A DNA stretch of 64,000 nucleotides from a virus. Shown in pieces: positions 11,701 through 19,505 of the stretch. Both the position numbers and the translations under genes were made by a program. A model generated the notes under the pieces. It did not search any database. It saw only the letters and a program-made list of their open reading frames with translations, and had not been told where the DNA came from. The stretch lies in the IMG/VR virus record IMGVR_UViG_3300025108_000016; one strand, 5' to 3'. Each line of letters starts with the position of its first letter. Within the stretch, counting starts at the first letter, position 1.

Positions 11701-12734
11701 TGATTGTAGAAGATGGAGATCAAGATGTTGTCCTGAGAATGTACTCATCCTACAACGTTGGTGGTGGTCCAAATCAACGCGATTCAATAATTCAATTGCT
11801 GGGTCAGGATGGCACTACTGATGAAGGTCTTGAACTGAAGTATGACAACTCTGTTGGTGATGTATACTTTAAACAACTATACAATTCGCTGACAACACAA
11901 GTTGCAATGCATTTCAGCACTGGTGCATTTACTGACGCTCTAACGATTACTGGTAACGGCAATCTGGGTGTACAGATGACTGCCAACGATGCCTATGAGT
12001 TGGATGTAAATGGATCAGCAAGAGTTAAGACAGCAGTTCAAGTTGGTCGTGCAGATAGTAATGCTGGTGCTCCTGTAATTTACGCAGGTGCAACTGGTGC
12101 ATCTTCTGGAACTCCTGGTAACTATCTAAGTAACTTCCGTGTTGGTAATCAACTACTACAATCAGATACTTTTGAAATCACACCTAGTGATGGTGCCGTT
12201 GCAGGAGGTTTAACTTGGAAGAGTACACCAGCACTTGCAATCCAAGGTTCTGAGAACAGAGTTGCAATCAACACTCTCCTATTTGGTGGTACTGATACTA
12301 CAGTAGATCCACAGGTCCAGAGAGAATATCAACTGAACATCCAAGGCGATATCAACATCAATGGTCTGGTCTTCCAGAACAACGCTGAGTTCGTTACTTC
12401 CAGATGGACAGAATCTGCAAATGAACTGGATATCTACAGAGAGTCTAAGGTATGGATTAACCCAGATTCCTCTGTTAATGGATTTACTGGTGACCCAGAT
12501 TATGATCTACAAATTGGTGGTGGTGGTAATGATGGACACCTTGGACTAAATGGTGTCATGTATATTAGAGACACCCCCCAATGGATTGACACCACAGGCA
12601 TCATCAAAAACTCTGCTAACACATTGGCAGAAGATGTAACTATTCCTGCAAATGCTAACGCAATGTCCATTGGTCCGATTACAATTCAACCAGGCGTTGT
12701 AGTTGATGTCGTAGGTAACTGGGTAATTATGTGA
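2712..12734 (+). CDS. Giant tail fibre / virion structural protein (3340 aa)
   Basis: Contains GxGY-T beta repeats, KCRRD helical repeats, YDPATG/YPRPG domains, two GLDAD(L/K)LDG fibre motifs and RV(G/A)IN..L(D/N)I(N/Q)G fibre repeats; lies upstream of gp13. Confidence 0.8.
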   Translation: MSFQLNSDRETIRAIAPTLIGSQELSIRAGSGSDEKEVLRTLLDPGTDLPRVGINRTGNRIDRVVVNLGGTGYTIQPTVNIAPPPAGGTQAVGSAIIDEGFVTAVLIDNPGKGYITAPAVTITGGNGTGAQVEAFLDTVDFELDINGAIRTSTSIISDTARILNLDIDNFITPDAKFRAPDLKTYMNNTGIPWTAQTIVQKDAYRYRGPNVYQALNAGETGTVPPLHKDGIETNNEVQFKHIGFRVTDPSAFQYNETGESGEFPRSITPLLGDRSTKIATTEYVLNLATNDVGGRIYVSAQIGSDLNDGRSAVAPVRTIKKAAQLAWATPGVKETLIVSGGDYVEDNPISLPPDASVVGDNLRLVIIRPANPRKHIFKFGDKNYVIGVTYRDQVDSTGDAVATWDFAMVFDDKQRINYDYTANGDFGTSFPIGTQIFGPEKFRADFQTNTGLANLTSNLAVKGINTGAEGIINEVNFGSIVGPQAYISGKLDFSVTSGAFTAGETFLFGGTGSIKWTPNTSYTIGQLVWATDNVYQVAVAGTSAASSPIHTTGTVATGPDTLELTFLRDAYEFVSTDIRSIRAEGEVVFEDTNITDALPLVRIDFSKQGTAEVSTGGFQDPNVVEDNGGIIFYTNALVGRQNTHDFKEGDEIVIEGMPTSSPDLSFLNGKQRIYKVLEDADGRSRRFVIPKKTTITTTDNFDPGQFSSVKRYGKSITISLLNSPNRFPMATPVARRFQDACLQIRNNVEFIADEVVGKVNDQFKKEYYSVYEIGGTPDSTLTPTDVDYDPATGIATFTVTSHGLSIGDGVRITDDSITQTCAMDGNRTEHTSPNSHHYSSGKTLPIRSSGFTTDQFELFVGISGPDQQFTPTDVTYDPATGNVNLTIGAHTLSVGEGIVIDDNSLSFTCDMDGDQSVKSYPRPGIDPFASRSIPITEVSETSITINAGISGPNKYFQPSAVNYNAATGDMTVTVGQHGLGVGRNVVLEDNSFTFTCDQNGYATEHTYPRPGSDPYAGQSIAITDVGTNSLTVSGATYTASNGQVDITTSAPHGMQEGDYILFEDNSLTFTCNLDGNVVSKNYPRPGYDYPSGRWLPISNISASGFRVNIGSSSYVGVHSFVSATNNGLKHQDGTFTINVGNAGTASGSNHQFVSATAQAIKHEPQSVHTFTGSTSNSVKHLPQSAHTFVRSAPNSLSIGGSTLKIYLGTSTFVHTYVSGGVVTYNSQNYNITNFVYDNISTGEATITLASPVAALSEDATVRISDLVVECVVDGVTTQKTYPSFSIPVNDNKCRRDVGHFISAITRDLEFGSNYNVIDAAKKYIDGTNTQIDFVNNEIIQTVRALEYARELITFAMRKWRTGTGAPGQAIYVPQYSQLDRYFDPTIIDDISTPACANVASAIDTLSYLFIDVLANNTNGTYLDGAYLIARNRDLIADEAYKLAMIQYPSLGLGNIDERKCRRDINHIISAIIRDLSLGGNFGIVNAAEFYFTGNALTGIPASELAPTRFAFEKARDLCIAAMRNWTDAAGAAIATPNSDIPQFTDSSILVDPTGVPLCANVEASITTAFQLLDDILSGTTSPGATVRDTGTLFDTSTIATFPDSIIYDSKGTKLTPRSDFADNPIIEASPYTQNASVISFLGGGGAEVDGDKVKQPNCPFPGLELDGSASFPNQGKSMVASAFTIVSFGGTGYKITNDGYVQLVSVFVIFCADGVLAESGGYCSITNSATNFGIFALRGIGFRKDAYEFDVGTISNVSSTPTGRTIFTVSGLGREPLEHYIVKVDGFSNVDPDIEYFIDTVEGVTVGPPFTAQLTLESGSGGGAALKNDATDNAVSVGTLVGETVRLHRPSIVNSSSHTWEFAGSGTNYNALPENGGTKIEAYEQVSENYGRVYVSGTDELGDFKVGTFARIENRTGNITFTGTVTISEVEFLKLKGGDVVVTGFDASNTLGGANTTNSKLPTQKAVKDYITNNLGPYLNKPYSTNPVPRALVELTDSGKISEDQIPPLRPFQVFTVANQSERVAIEGALAGDIAIQQDTNSSFILNNDNDSLFVSFPIDSSLQFTIGDIFTGSNSGGKIQSTEYREGVVYQISITDNGSGYVTPPVVTISGGNPQAGAVSAFATCSIANGQVVLVEIQLFNNFIGGKGYTTPPTVTFSPPAGSGTQAAGSAIIESRLYGDIVNNIKIEDTDDIESSDVPSETIAITRVINTSASDSNNWVSLSSNQIAANDITSGVISTARLAFTSDAANSFTFLRGDQSYNPVIQSLKGAETRYFAKITSQANSSSSQLVFATNADVLLGHEVVANINGIQPNTNISGILTAAGTTTVSIDNPLTATIPVNTVIEFERGSSPLTFESSLTQGDFIESVVIAAGGSGFTDGQYFDIELDGGSGTGLKANIIVSGGTVSDLTLTSTGVGFLNDFTVSSAPGAIGSGTGLVLLAKLSTVNKQFANVAVDISRVSDLTISADEYGTIGVARFYKDQFKIGLAGNGSIQLKTGADSGLDADLLDGVQGSFYLNAGNLNAGVLPVDRLSGTYNINIANQSGSTLRLKSSTSNPASNPNPDSFNVGIIADTRNNAADGLADGGTRHVTLTIRNGGSGFDATFGGVRQLAFTDNDNMYLRGSGSTLATFSTWAKIWSSQNDGVNSGLDADKLDGRQGTFYQNAINTNEGIFSDLRMPSHQTQKDFQDRVRILDWTGQPRYKILVRDELLTASPFLVGLPVNLYDAQGLAPGRISITDIAINQDANDPSNNFTLITGTLTTGNFIGAIAIGDTAINYPFQDFSIADLDANADGLPDGTFEVGGLESTGGNARLKLGRNDGISASDPSVYFRSSLQPSTNYSSAIIATGGNSTDGSGSLEFKVANVNQLTILGNILWNEGNVVFNSSNVLSTTSLKSAVSRDTSGNFSAGTITASLTGAASLNVLKAGDTMSGLLTIGGVAAGSQALSVSGRGDFLSNITVAADLTVNTNTLHVDATDDTVSIGTTTSDSAVKLLIVEDGDQDVVLRMYSSYNVGGGPNQRDSIIQLLGQDGTTDEGLELKYDNSVGDVYFKQLYNSLTTQVAMHFSTGAFTDALTITGNGNLGVQMTANDAYELDVNGSARVKTAVQVGRADSNAGAPVIYAGATGASSGTPGNYLSNFRVGNQLLQSDTFEITPSDGAVAGGLTWKSTPALAIQGSENRVAINTLLFGGTDTTVDPQVQREYQLNIQGDININGLVFQNNAEFVTSRWTESANELDIYRESKVWINPDSSVNGFTGDPDYDLQIGGGGNDGHLGLNGVMYIRDTPQWIDTTGIIKNSANTLAEDVTIPANANAMSIGPITIQPGVVVDVVGNWVIM

Positions 12735-12740
12735 TAAATA
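12734..12740 (+). promoter_or_regulatory. Late promoter (ATAAATA)
   Basis: Motif overlaps the fibre stop codon, 34 nt upstream of the Gly-rich gene. Confidence 0.65.
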
Positions 12741-12773
12741 GATAAAGCAAAGAACTTATAAGCAGATTGAAAT

Positions 12774-13832
12774 ATGTCTAGTCTAAACGTAGGAACTGTA
12801 ACTCTGTCTAACGGACTGACACTTCCTTCATATACATCAAGTCCAGATAACCGACCATCACATAGTGCTGGCAGGACTATCTATGATTCGACTTCGGATA
12901 CTATTCAAATATCCGATGGATCACAATGGATTAGTGCGGGTTCTGCAGGTAGTGGTTTGATTACTGCTACTGGTGGTGAGATTACATTCTCTGGTGGATA
13001 TAAAGTTCACACATGGTACAATGTTGGAGAGTATAATTTTAATGTAACGGGAGCTGCTGGTGGTGCTACTGCCGAAGTTCTTGTGGCAGCAGGTGGTGGT
13101 TGTGGCGGAACTATTGGTGGAGGAGGCGGCGGCGGTGGCGTTTGCTACCACGGATCTTATCCAATCACAGTTGGTTCTTATGATGTAAAAGTGGGAGCAG
13201 GTGGACAGACACCTCTAGCTGGACATCCTGCCAACAAAGGAACTAGTGGATCTCCTTCTAAGTTTGGAACGCATACTGCATTTGGTGGTGGTTCTGCTGG
13301 ATCATGGGGTCCTAATGCTAGAGAAACTGGAGAACCAGGTGGTTCTGGTGGCGGCGCATCTGGTCCTGGTCCTAGACAACCACAAAGAGGAGAAGCAACT
13401 CAAGGTACTGCTCCTGGTGGTGGTGTTACTCACGGAAATCCTGGTTATAGAAACGGCAATAATGTTTCTGGAACACACTCTGGTACTCATACTGGCGGTG
13501 GCGGCGGTGGTGCTAACCCCAACAACACAGTTAATGGAAGAGTTGGAGGTGATGGAATCACTTATATGGGACTAACTGTTGGTGGTGGAGGTGGCGGAGG
13601 AAGTCACGAAAACTATGGTAATGCTCCAATCACAACTCCTGCTGCTCCTGGTGGCGGTGGTCGTGGTGGATCTAGATCATCGCAATATGCAGGTGGCGGT
13701 GGACAAGGTTGGGGTGAACCAGGACAAGTTAACACTGGTGGTGGCGGCGGAGGCGGCTGGTATAATGGTGGTGGTAATGGTCAAGGAGCTGCTGGTGGTC
13801 CTGGCATCGTTCGTGTTCGTCATACAATCTAA
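12774..13832 (+). CDS. Glycine-rich fibre tip / adhesin-like protein
   Basis: N-terminal RP..G..IYD..W motif, LVAAGGGxGG poly-Gly tracts and C-terminal GGPGIVRVR; directly follows the fibre gene. Confidence 0.7.
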   Translation: MSSLNVGTVTLSNGLTLPSYTSSPDNRPSHSAGRTIYDSTSDTIQISDGSQWISAGSAGSGLITATGGEITFSGGYKVHTWYNVGEYNFNVTGAAGGATAEVLVAAGGGCGGTIGGGGGGGGVCYHGSYPITVGSYDVKVGAGGQTPLAGHPANKGTSGSPSKFGTHTAFGGGSAGSWGPNARETGEPGGSGGGASGPGPRQPQRGEATQGTAPGGGVTHGNPGYRNGNNVSGTHSGTHTGGGGGGANPNNTVNGRVGGDGITYMGLTVGGGGGGGSHENYGNAPITTPAAPGGGGRGGSRSSQYAGGGGQGWGEPGQVNTGGGGGGGWYNGGGNGQGAAGGPGIVRVRHTI

Positions 13833-13835
13833 TAT

Positions 13836-14333
13836 ATGTTTTACAATGTAGAGGAAAATTTCCTCAATAGTGAAGAGTTTGAACAACTAACTAAACAAAC
13901 AATAAACAATCCTTATTTCCCGTTGTATTTGAAGCACCGAGTAGCGTCGGCGTCTTCAGACGACGGGATTTATTTTACTCACAATTTTTTCTTTGCTGGT
14001 GAGGTGTGCAGTGATTACTACGAGCATCTTTCTCCTATTATAGAAAAAATTAAAACTGAAAAATTGTTAAGAGTTCAATTAAATTTATTTCCCAAAACTA
14101 CTGAGATCGTGCGCCACGACTGGCATACAGATATGCTCTGGGATCATAGAGGTTGTATAGTCTACCTAAATACTAATGATGGGTCAACGTTATTAAAAGA
14201 AGATGATGAGAATGCTGTAGGCATTCGTTCTATATCAAACAGAGCATTATTTTTCAATCCAGCAAAACCTCATTGTAGTACGACATGCACTGATTCTGAA
14301 TTCAGAAGCAACATTATTTTTAACTATGAGTGA
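13836..14333 (+). CDS. 2OG-Fe(II) oxygenase-like protein
   Basis: HxD (WHTD), IVYLNTNDG, distal His (KPHCST) and terminal R..I.FNY. Confidence 0.7.
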   Translation: MFYNVEENFLNSEEFEQLTKQTINNPYFPLYLKHRVASASSDDGIYFTHNFFFAGEVCSDYYEHLSPIIEKIKTEKLLRVQLNLFPKTTEIVRHDWHTDMLWDHRGCIVYLNTNDGSTLLKEDDENAVGIRSISNRALFFNPAKPHCSTTCTDSEFRSNIIFNYE

Positions 14334-14997
14334 ATTATATAATGTGTTTTCTATACCAGTATGGAAAACAAAAATAACTAAAAATGATTATGATAAAGAT
14401 CTCATTCTTAATGAGATGTTGTACAATTTTAATGTAGATCCCAAAAGAAATACTTGGGATAAGGTGATGCCAACTACTATGAAGAGTAACTGGCATCACT
14501 CCAATAATGATGAGGCAGACAAAAAATTTAAATCTATCAGTTACGAAGACTCTGGATTGACTTCTGTTATAGACTCGAAGGTTAGAGAATTTGTTTCTCA
14601 CCTTGGATTAAATTCCAGCATCAATTATTTTTTTCAAATAACTAATTACACAGTATCTACAGAAGGTTACTTCCTCACCAGTCATGGTCATGGTTGCGAC
14701 TCTTTTAGTTCTGTGTTATTTGTACAATTTGATAAATTTAATCACCCTTCTACGTGCTTTAACAATCCATTTAGTTCATCAGATCAAACTAGGTGGTTAC
14801 AGAAAGATCTATATAATTCGTTTGATAATAAGAATCCATTTTTTAGTTACATGCAAGATACATGGTCAATTGATACCGAAGAAGATGATTATATGATTTT
14901 TCCAGGACACGTCAAACACGAAGTTCCTACCGTAGGAAAATCAAACAAAGAACGAGTAACTATTTCATGCAATATTAAGGTGTACAAAAATGTCTAA
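14326..14997 (+). CDS. Putative 2OG-Fe(II) oxygenase (TIGR02466-like)
   Basis: HxH (HGH), FSSVLFV, IFPGHVKHEV and RVTISCNI motifs. Confidence 0.75.
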   Translation: MSELYNVFSIPVWKTKITKNDYDKDLILNEMLYNFNVDPKRNTWDKVMPTTMKSNWHHSNNDEADKKFKSISYEDSGLTSVIDSKVREFVSHLGLNSSINYFFQITNYTVSTEGYFLTSHGHGCDSFSSVLFVQFDKFNHPSTCFNNPFSSSDQTRWLQKDLYNSFDNKNPFFSYMQDTWSIDTEEDDYMIFPGHVKHEVPTVGKSNKERVTISCNIKVYKNV

Positions 14998-16546
14998 TGA
15001 AATTAATTCAATTACTATAGTTGGTGGCGGTAGTGCTGGATGGATGTCTGCCGCTACAATGATTAGGTTTTTCCCTAACAGAAAAATTACTATCATAGAA
15101 AGTCCAGACTACCCAATCGTAGGAGTTGGTGAAAGTACACTAGGACATATCAATCAGTGGTTAGCTCTGCTAGGAATTCGTGAAGATGATTTTATGAAGG
15201 AGTGTGATGCTTCTTATAAACTAAGTATTAAATTTACAGATTTTTATGCGAAGGGAGATGGTGGTTATCATTACCCATTTGGACCGCCAATGCTAGATGG
15301 AACTGACCTTGGGTTTAATGATTGGCAAGTATTAAAACATTTTTCTCCTGGTATTCCTGTACAAGATTTTGCTAGATGTTATAATCCTATAACCCTTTTA
15401 GCAGAGCAAAATAAAATTGATAAAAATGAGAGTGGTCACTTAGATAATTTTAATTTTGCAAAAGATGCTGCTTATCATTTTGATGCTGTTAAATTTGGGC
15501 AATGGTTGAAAAATAACTATTGCCTTCCTAGAGGTGTAGAACTTATTTCATCTTCTGTAAAGAATGCTATCGTAGGTGCAGATGGAGTAGAATCATTAAT
15601 TCTTGAAGATGGTACAGAGCATTCTGCTGACATGTATCTTGATTGCACAGGATTTAAAAGTATGCTCTTAGCAGGTGCTTTAAATGAGGAGTTTGTTTCT
15701 TATAGAGATGTTGTTCCCAACAACAGAGCATGGGCAACTAGATTACCTTATACAGATAAAGAAAAACAATTAGAACCATTTACTAATGGAACTGCTTTAT
15801 CATCTGGTTGGGTGTGGAATATTCCTTTGTGGAGTAGAATTGGTACAGGTTATGTGTATAGTGATGATCACATCACACCAGAAGATGCGTTAAAAGAATT
15901 TCAAGAACACATAGGAAGAGATGATCTTGAGTTTAGAGATATCAAAATGCGTATTGGAATCCATAAAAATGTATGGAGTAAAAATGTAGTTGGTATTGGT
16001 TTAGCAGGAGGTTTTATTGAACCTTTAGAAAGCAATGGATTATTTACTGTACATGAGTTTCTACTCAAACTAACAAAATCTATTTCTAAACCTTTTGTAA
16101 ACCAATTAGACAGAGACATTTTTAACATGTCTGTGCGTGATATATTTGATACATTTGCTACTTTTGTGGGTCTTCACTATAAACTTAGTTCTAGAAACGA
16201 TAGTCCTTATTGGAGAGATATTACAGAGAGATCTAATCTACGTGAAGAAATTTTAAGAATTCCTCAGATGCAAACAGATTTTAGACATCTAGCAGTAGCA
16301 AAAATGATTGATGATAAATTTTGTAATGGAGGGCAACCTTATATTGCTACAGGTATGCATTACCCAATTGCAGATGAATCAACAATTTGTGCATGGACAT
16401 ATCAAAATGATGTGGACTATAAAAAAGTAGCACAAGAAGCTGCGTTACGATTCTCCAGAAGAAAACAATGGTGGCAACATATTACAGATATTGCTCCGAC
16501 ATTGTATGAACACCTAGCAGATAAATATGGATATGAGGTTAATTAA
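14990..16546 (+). CDS. Flavin-dependent (tryptophan-halogenase family) halogenase
   Basis: GGGSAG FAD motif, VGVGEST, catalytic Lys context ASYKLSIKF, WxWxIP (WVWNIP) and FIEPLESNG. Confidence 0.9.
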   Translation: MSNEINSITIVGGGSAGWMSAATMIRFFPNRKITIIESPDYPIVGVGESTLGHINQWLALLGIREDDFMKECDASYKLSIKFTDFYAKGDGGYHYPFGPPMLDGTDLGFNDWQVLKHFSPGIPVQDFARCYNPITLLAEQNKIDKNESGHLDNFNFAKDAAYHFDAVKFGQWLKNNYCLPRGVELISSSVKNAIVGADGVESLILEDGTEHSADMYLDCTGFKSMLLAGALNEEFVSYRDVVPNNRAWATRLPYTDKEKQLEPFTNGTALSSGWVWNIPLWSRIGTGYVYSDDHITPEDALKEFQEHIGRDDLEFRDIKMRIGIHKNVWSKNVVGIGLAGGFIEPLESNGLFTVHEFLLKLTKSISKPFVNQLDRDIFNMSVRDIFDTFATFVGLHYKLSSRNDSPYWRDITERSNLREEILRIPQMQTDFRHLAVAKMIDDKFCNGGQPYIATGMHYPIADESTICAWTYQNDVDYKKVAQEAALRFSRRKQWWQHITDIAPTLYEHLADKYGYEVN

Positions 16547-16548
16547 TT

Positions 16549-17145
16549 ATGGCATATGAAGCGATGTGGTATCAATCACATTTACCAGATGAGTTAATTG
16601 ATCCACTAGTATTAACTTTAGAAAGATCTGATAATTTTATTGACTCAGAAACTAAAGGTGGATTAGCATTAGCAGTTAGAGATAGTTCAAATCAATGGAT
16701 TCCTGATACCCATTGGATTGGTGGATTGTTGTGGCATTATGTTACTCTAGCAAACGATAGCAATTTTGGTTACGACATTAAAGAATTTGATCATAATTCA
16801 ATACAATATACTAGATACAAAACTGGTCAATATTATGGATGGCATAAAGACGATGGAGTAGGAAGTATAGTTTCTCCTGATCCTAAGCATCCAGTTGATT
16901 CTTTTATTGATAGAAATACTAAACAGATTAGAAAATTGTCTGTGGTTGTCCAGTTATCTTCACATGAAGATTATACTGGTGGAGAATTTCAAATGATGGA
17001 AGATCAAAACAGAACTTTTTTTGCACCAAAAACAAAAGGAACTATTATTATTTTTGATAGTAGACTTCCCCATAGAGCTAAAAAAGTATTGTCTGGCGAA
17101 AGACGATCTTTAGTTGCTTGGGTAACTGGACCTCAGTGGAGATGA
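16549..17145 (+). CDS. 2OG-Fe(II) oxygenase (prolyl-4-hydroxylase/PKHD-like)
   Basis: YGWHKD, RKLSVVVQLS..DYTGGEF and FDSRLPH..V..GERRSLVAW. Confidence 0.85.
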   Translation: MAYEAMWYQSHLPDELIDPLVLTLERSDNFIDSETKGGLALAVRDSSNQWIPDTHWIGGLLWHYVTLANDSNFGYDIKEFDHNSIQYTRYKTGQYYGWHKDDGVGSIVSPDPKHPVDSFIDRNTKQIRKLSVVVQLSSHEDYTGGEFQMMEDQNRTFFAPKTKGTIIIFDSRLPHRAKKVLSGERRSLVAWVTGPQWR

Positions 17146-17726
17146 GTATGAATTGGAATGATTGGTCTGTTATTGTAGTAAAAAATATTATAAATCCTGT
17201 ATTTTTATTTGAACCTATTCCTTGGGAACGAGGACAATATACTTACGAGTCCAGAGGAAATGTTATCCATATCCCTGACGAAGGGCAAGTTAGTGGTAGT
17301 TTGTCTAGATATAATCACCCAAAATTTAGACAATTGCATTTTGATGTAAAATCTAAAATAGAAAATGTAATTAATGATCCTCTGTATCCAACATATTTTT
17401 ACGACAGATTTTATTTTAAAAAACAATTACTAGAAAAACATGTAGATAGACCTGCATGCGAGGTGAGCATCTCTATTAATTGCTCGCATAATTTAGATTA
17501 TGATTGGCCAATATGGTTTACAACTCCAGATGGAGATGATATCCCATTGATTACAAATCCTGGTGATGGGGTAATTTACAAAGGATGCGAACGACCTCAT
17601 TGGAGAGAACCAATGGAAGGAAATTCAAAATCATACTATCATCAAATGTTCATGCACTACGTGCGTAGAGATGGTCCTCATCTAGAACATGCACATGATA
17701 GATGTAATACTATAAATAGAGTATAG
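17142..17726 (+). CDS. 2OG-Fe(II) oxygenase-like protein
   Basis: HVDRPACEVS and PGDGVIYKGCERPHWR motifs; ATG overlaps the upstream TGA (ATGA). Confidence 0.7.
   Translation: MSMNWNDWSVIVVKNIINPVFLFEPIPWERGQYTYESRGNVIHIPDEGQVSGSLSRYNHPKFRQLHFDVKSKIENVINDPLYPTYFYDRFYFKKQLLEKHVDRPACEVSISINCSHNLDYDWPIWFTTPDGDDIPLITNPGDGVIYKGCERPHWREPMEGNSKSYYHQMFMHYVRRDGPHLEHAHDRCNTINRV
17711..17718 (+). promoter_or_regulatory. Late promoter (TATAAATA)
   Basis: Perfect T4 late consensus upstream of the second Gly-rich gene. Confidence 0.75.
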
Positions 17727-17745
17727 CAAAAAGTCTTGACAGAAC

Positions 17746-18960
17746 ATGTCCGAAATTAATGTTGGTGATTTAAACGTATCTACGGAATTTAACTTACCCC
17801 TTTATAATAGTTCTAACAGACCCGTGAATCCTGCCACAGGATTCATGATATTTAATAGTACCGAAAATAAATTACAGGTATGGACTGGATCTCAATGGAA
17901 GAGTTTTGGTCAACAGAATTATGATATTAGTGCAACTGGTAGCGTAGTTACTTCTGATTTAACTGGTGACTATAGTGGTTACAGAGTTTATAGATTCACT
18001 GGAGATGGAACTCTAACAGTCAACCAAAGTAATCAAGATGGTGGTGTAGAATTCCTACTAATCGCTGGAGGAGGCGGTGGTGGTGGCGTCATCGGTGGTG
18101 GTGGTGGTGCTGGTGGTGTAATTTACAGAAGAGAACTTTATCTAGCACCAGGTACTTATAATATTTCTATCGGTGGTGGTGGAGCAGGAGGAACTGGGTG
18201 GAATAGTTCACAGCAAGAAGGTCGCGCAGGAACTCCATCTACATTTACTGATAATGCTGGATTTAGTTATGAAGCAGTAGGTGGTGGTGGAGGTTGTGCT
18301 CATGGCGGAAGTTCTCCAAATAGAATTGCTGGTCAAGGTGGTTCTGGAGGTGGATCTGCTAGCGTCTCTAGAAGAGGTGGAAACGCAATTGGTAAAAACT
18401 TTGGACCTCAAGCAACAGATAAAGCACATAATATTAGGGATGTATACCTTAGTAATAACGAGGCCATGGCTGATGGTGACGCACTTGCTAGAGGTGCTCA
18501 AAGTTGGGAGGCAATTGAAACATCAACTAATGAATGCCAAGGAGTTCAAGGAAACGCTGGCGGCAATCGTGGTGATGGAGACACAGGAGCAGGTGGTGGT
18601 GGATTTGGTACTAATGGCGGCACTGGTGGAGCTCCCAGAGATACTGGGGGTGAAGGTGGTCACGGAGGATACTTTGATATCACTGGATCAATGGTTGGTT
18701 ATGCTGGCGGTGGTGGTGGCGGTGTCCGAGGCACAGGTCGCCGTCGTGGCACAAAAGCAGGTGACTATGGTGGGGGAGATGGTGGACGAGCAACAGGTGC
18801 TCCAGTCAATTTCGGTAGTCCCACACCTAATAGTGCTGAAGCTGGCGCAACTAATCGCGGTGGCGGTGGCGGTGGTGGCGGTTATAACGCCCCACGTAGC
18901 GGTGCTGTAGGTGCTCCAGGTGGATCTGGAGTTTGTATTATTCGATATAGGAAATCATAA
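17746..18960 (+). CDS. Glycine-rich fibre tip / adhesin-like protein (paralogue of 12774-13832)
   Basis: Same architecture: MS.(I/L)NVG, RP..G..IFN..W, LLIAGGGGGG, C-terminal GGSGVCIIRY. Confidence 0.7.
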   Translation: MSEINVGDLNVSTEFNLPLYNSSNRPVNPATGFMIFNSTENKLQVWTGSQWKSFGQQNYDISATGSVVTSDLTGDYSGYRVYRFTGDGTLTVNQSNQDGGVEFLLIAGGGGGGGVIGGGGGAGGVIYRRELYLAPGTYNISIGGGGAGGTGWNSSQQEGRAGTPSTFTDNAGFSYEAVGGGGGCAHGGSSPNRIAGQGGSGGGSASVSRRGGNAIGKNFGPQATDKAHNIRDVYLSNNEAMADGDALARGAQSWEAIETSTNECQGVQGNAGGNRGDGDTGAGGGGFGTNGGTGGAPRDTGGEGGHGGYFDITGSMVGYAGGGGGGVRGTGRRRGTKAGDYGGGDGGRATGAPVNFGSPTPNSAEAGATNRGGGGGGGGYNAPRSGAVGAPGGSGVCIIRYRKS

Positions 18961-18961
18961 A

Positions 18962-19285
18962 ATGGCATTAGATTTAACGTACATGGCTTCATTATCTGAA
19001 GCACAAAGAGAAGTTTTTGTAACACTCATCAATGATATTGAAAGTGAGGAACCTTTTGGTCCTGGTGTAACTTCTGATTGGGTTGACGAGATGAGAGAAA
19101 ATCTCAGACTATCTGCACCACGTCAAGAAGATATTGACAAATGCGAAACTTTAAAAAAAATTGCTGCAAGCGATTTAACTTACTCTATCAATAGACTTGC
19201 TGATAGTCAGGGATTGCCTGTTATTAGTATTACAGGTAATTCTTTGGAATTGGATAAAATTTTCTGTTCTGAAAAAGAAAACTAA
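18962..19285 (+). CDS. Hypothetical protein
   Basis: ATG 1 nt after the upstream stop (MALDLTY…), 107 aa. Confidence 0.55.
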   Translation: MALDLTYMASLSEAQREVFVTLINDIESEEPFGPGVTSDWVDEMRENLRLSAPRQEDIDKCETLKKIAASDLTYSINRLADSQGLPVISITGNSLELDKIFCSEKEN

Positions 19286-19316
19286 ATAATAAAGTACATC
19301 ATTTTATATTACTACA

Positions 19317-19502
19317 ATGGACACTGAACAACTGAGAAAGAATTTTGATGAGCAAATTGCTAGTACAGATAAGCAAATTTCTGAACTAGAAGCAAACCTT
19401 GCCAAAGCAAAAGAATACAAATTGAAACTAATTGGTGGTATTGAAACTCTAGATTTGCTCAACCCCAAAGAGGAAACTCCTTCCGAAGAAGAATCTGAGT
19501 AA
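19317..19502 (+). CDS. Small coiled-coil hypothetical protein
   Basis: 61 aa; preceded by CTAAATA (19282-19288) and followed by a terminator. Confidence 0.65.
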   Translation: MDTEQLRKNFDEQIASTDKQISELEANLAKAKEYKLKLIGGIETLDLLNPKEETPSEEESE

Positions 19503-19505
19503 CAC

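Noticed and set aside
13080-13800. GGT/GGC tandem runs resembling repeats or an array (also 18060-18930)
   Set aside because: They are poly-glycine codons, with no constant repeat-spacer structure, so not a CRISPR array
18281-19285. Long alternative-frame ORF 18281-18910 in frame with 18911-19285 (possible stop read-through)
   Set aside because: The Val-rich translation is simply the shifted frame of GGT glycine codons; the real downstream gene starts at ATG 18962
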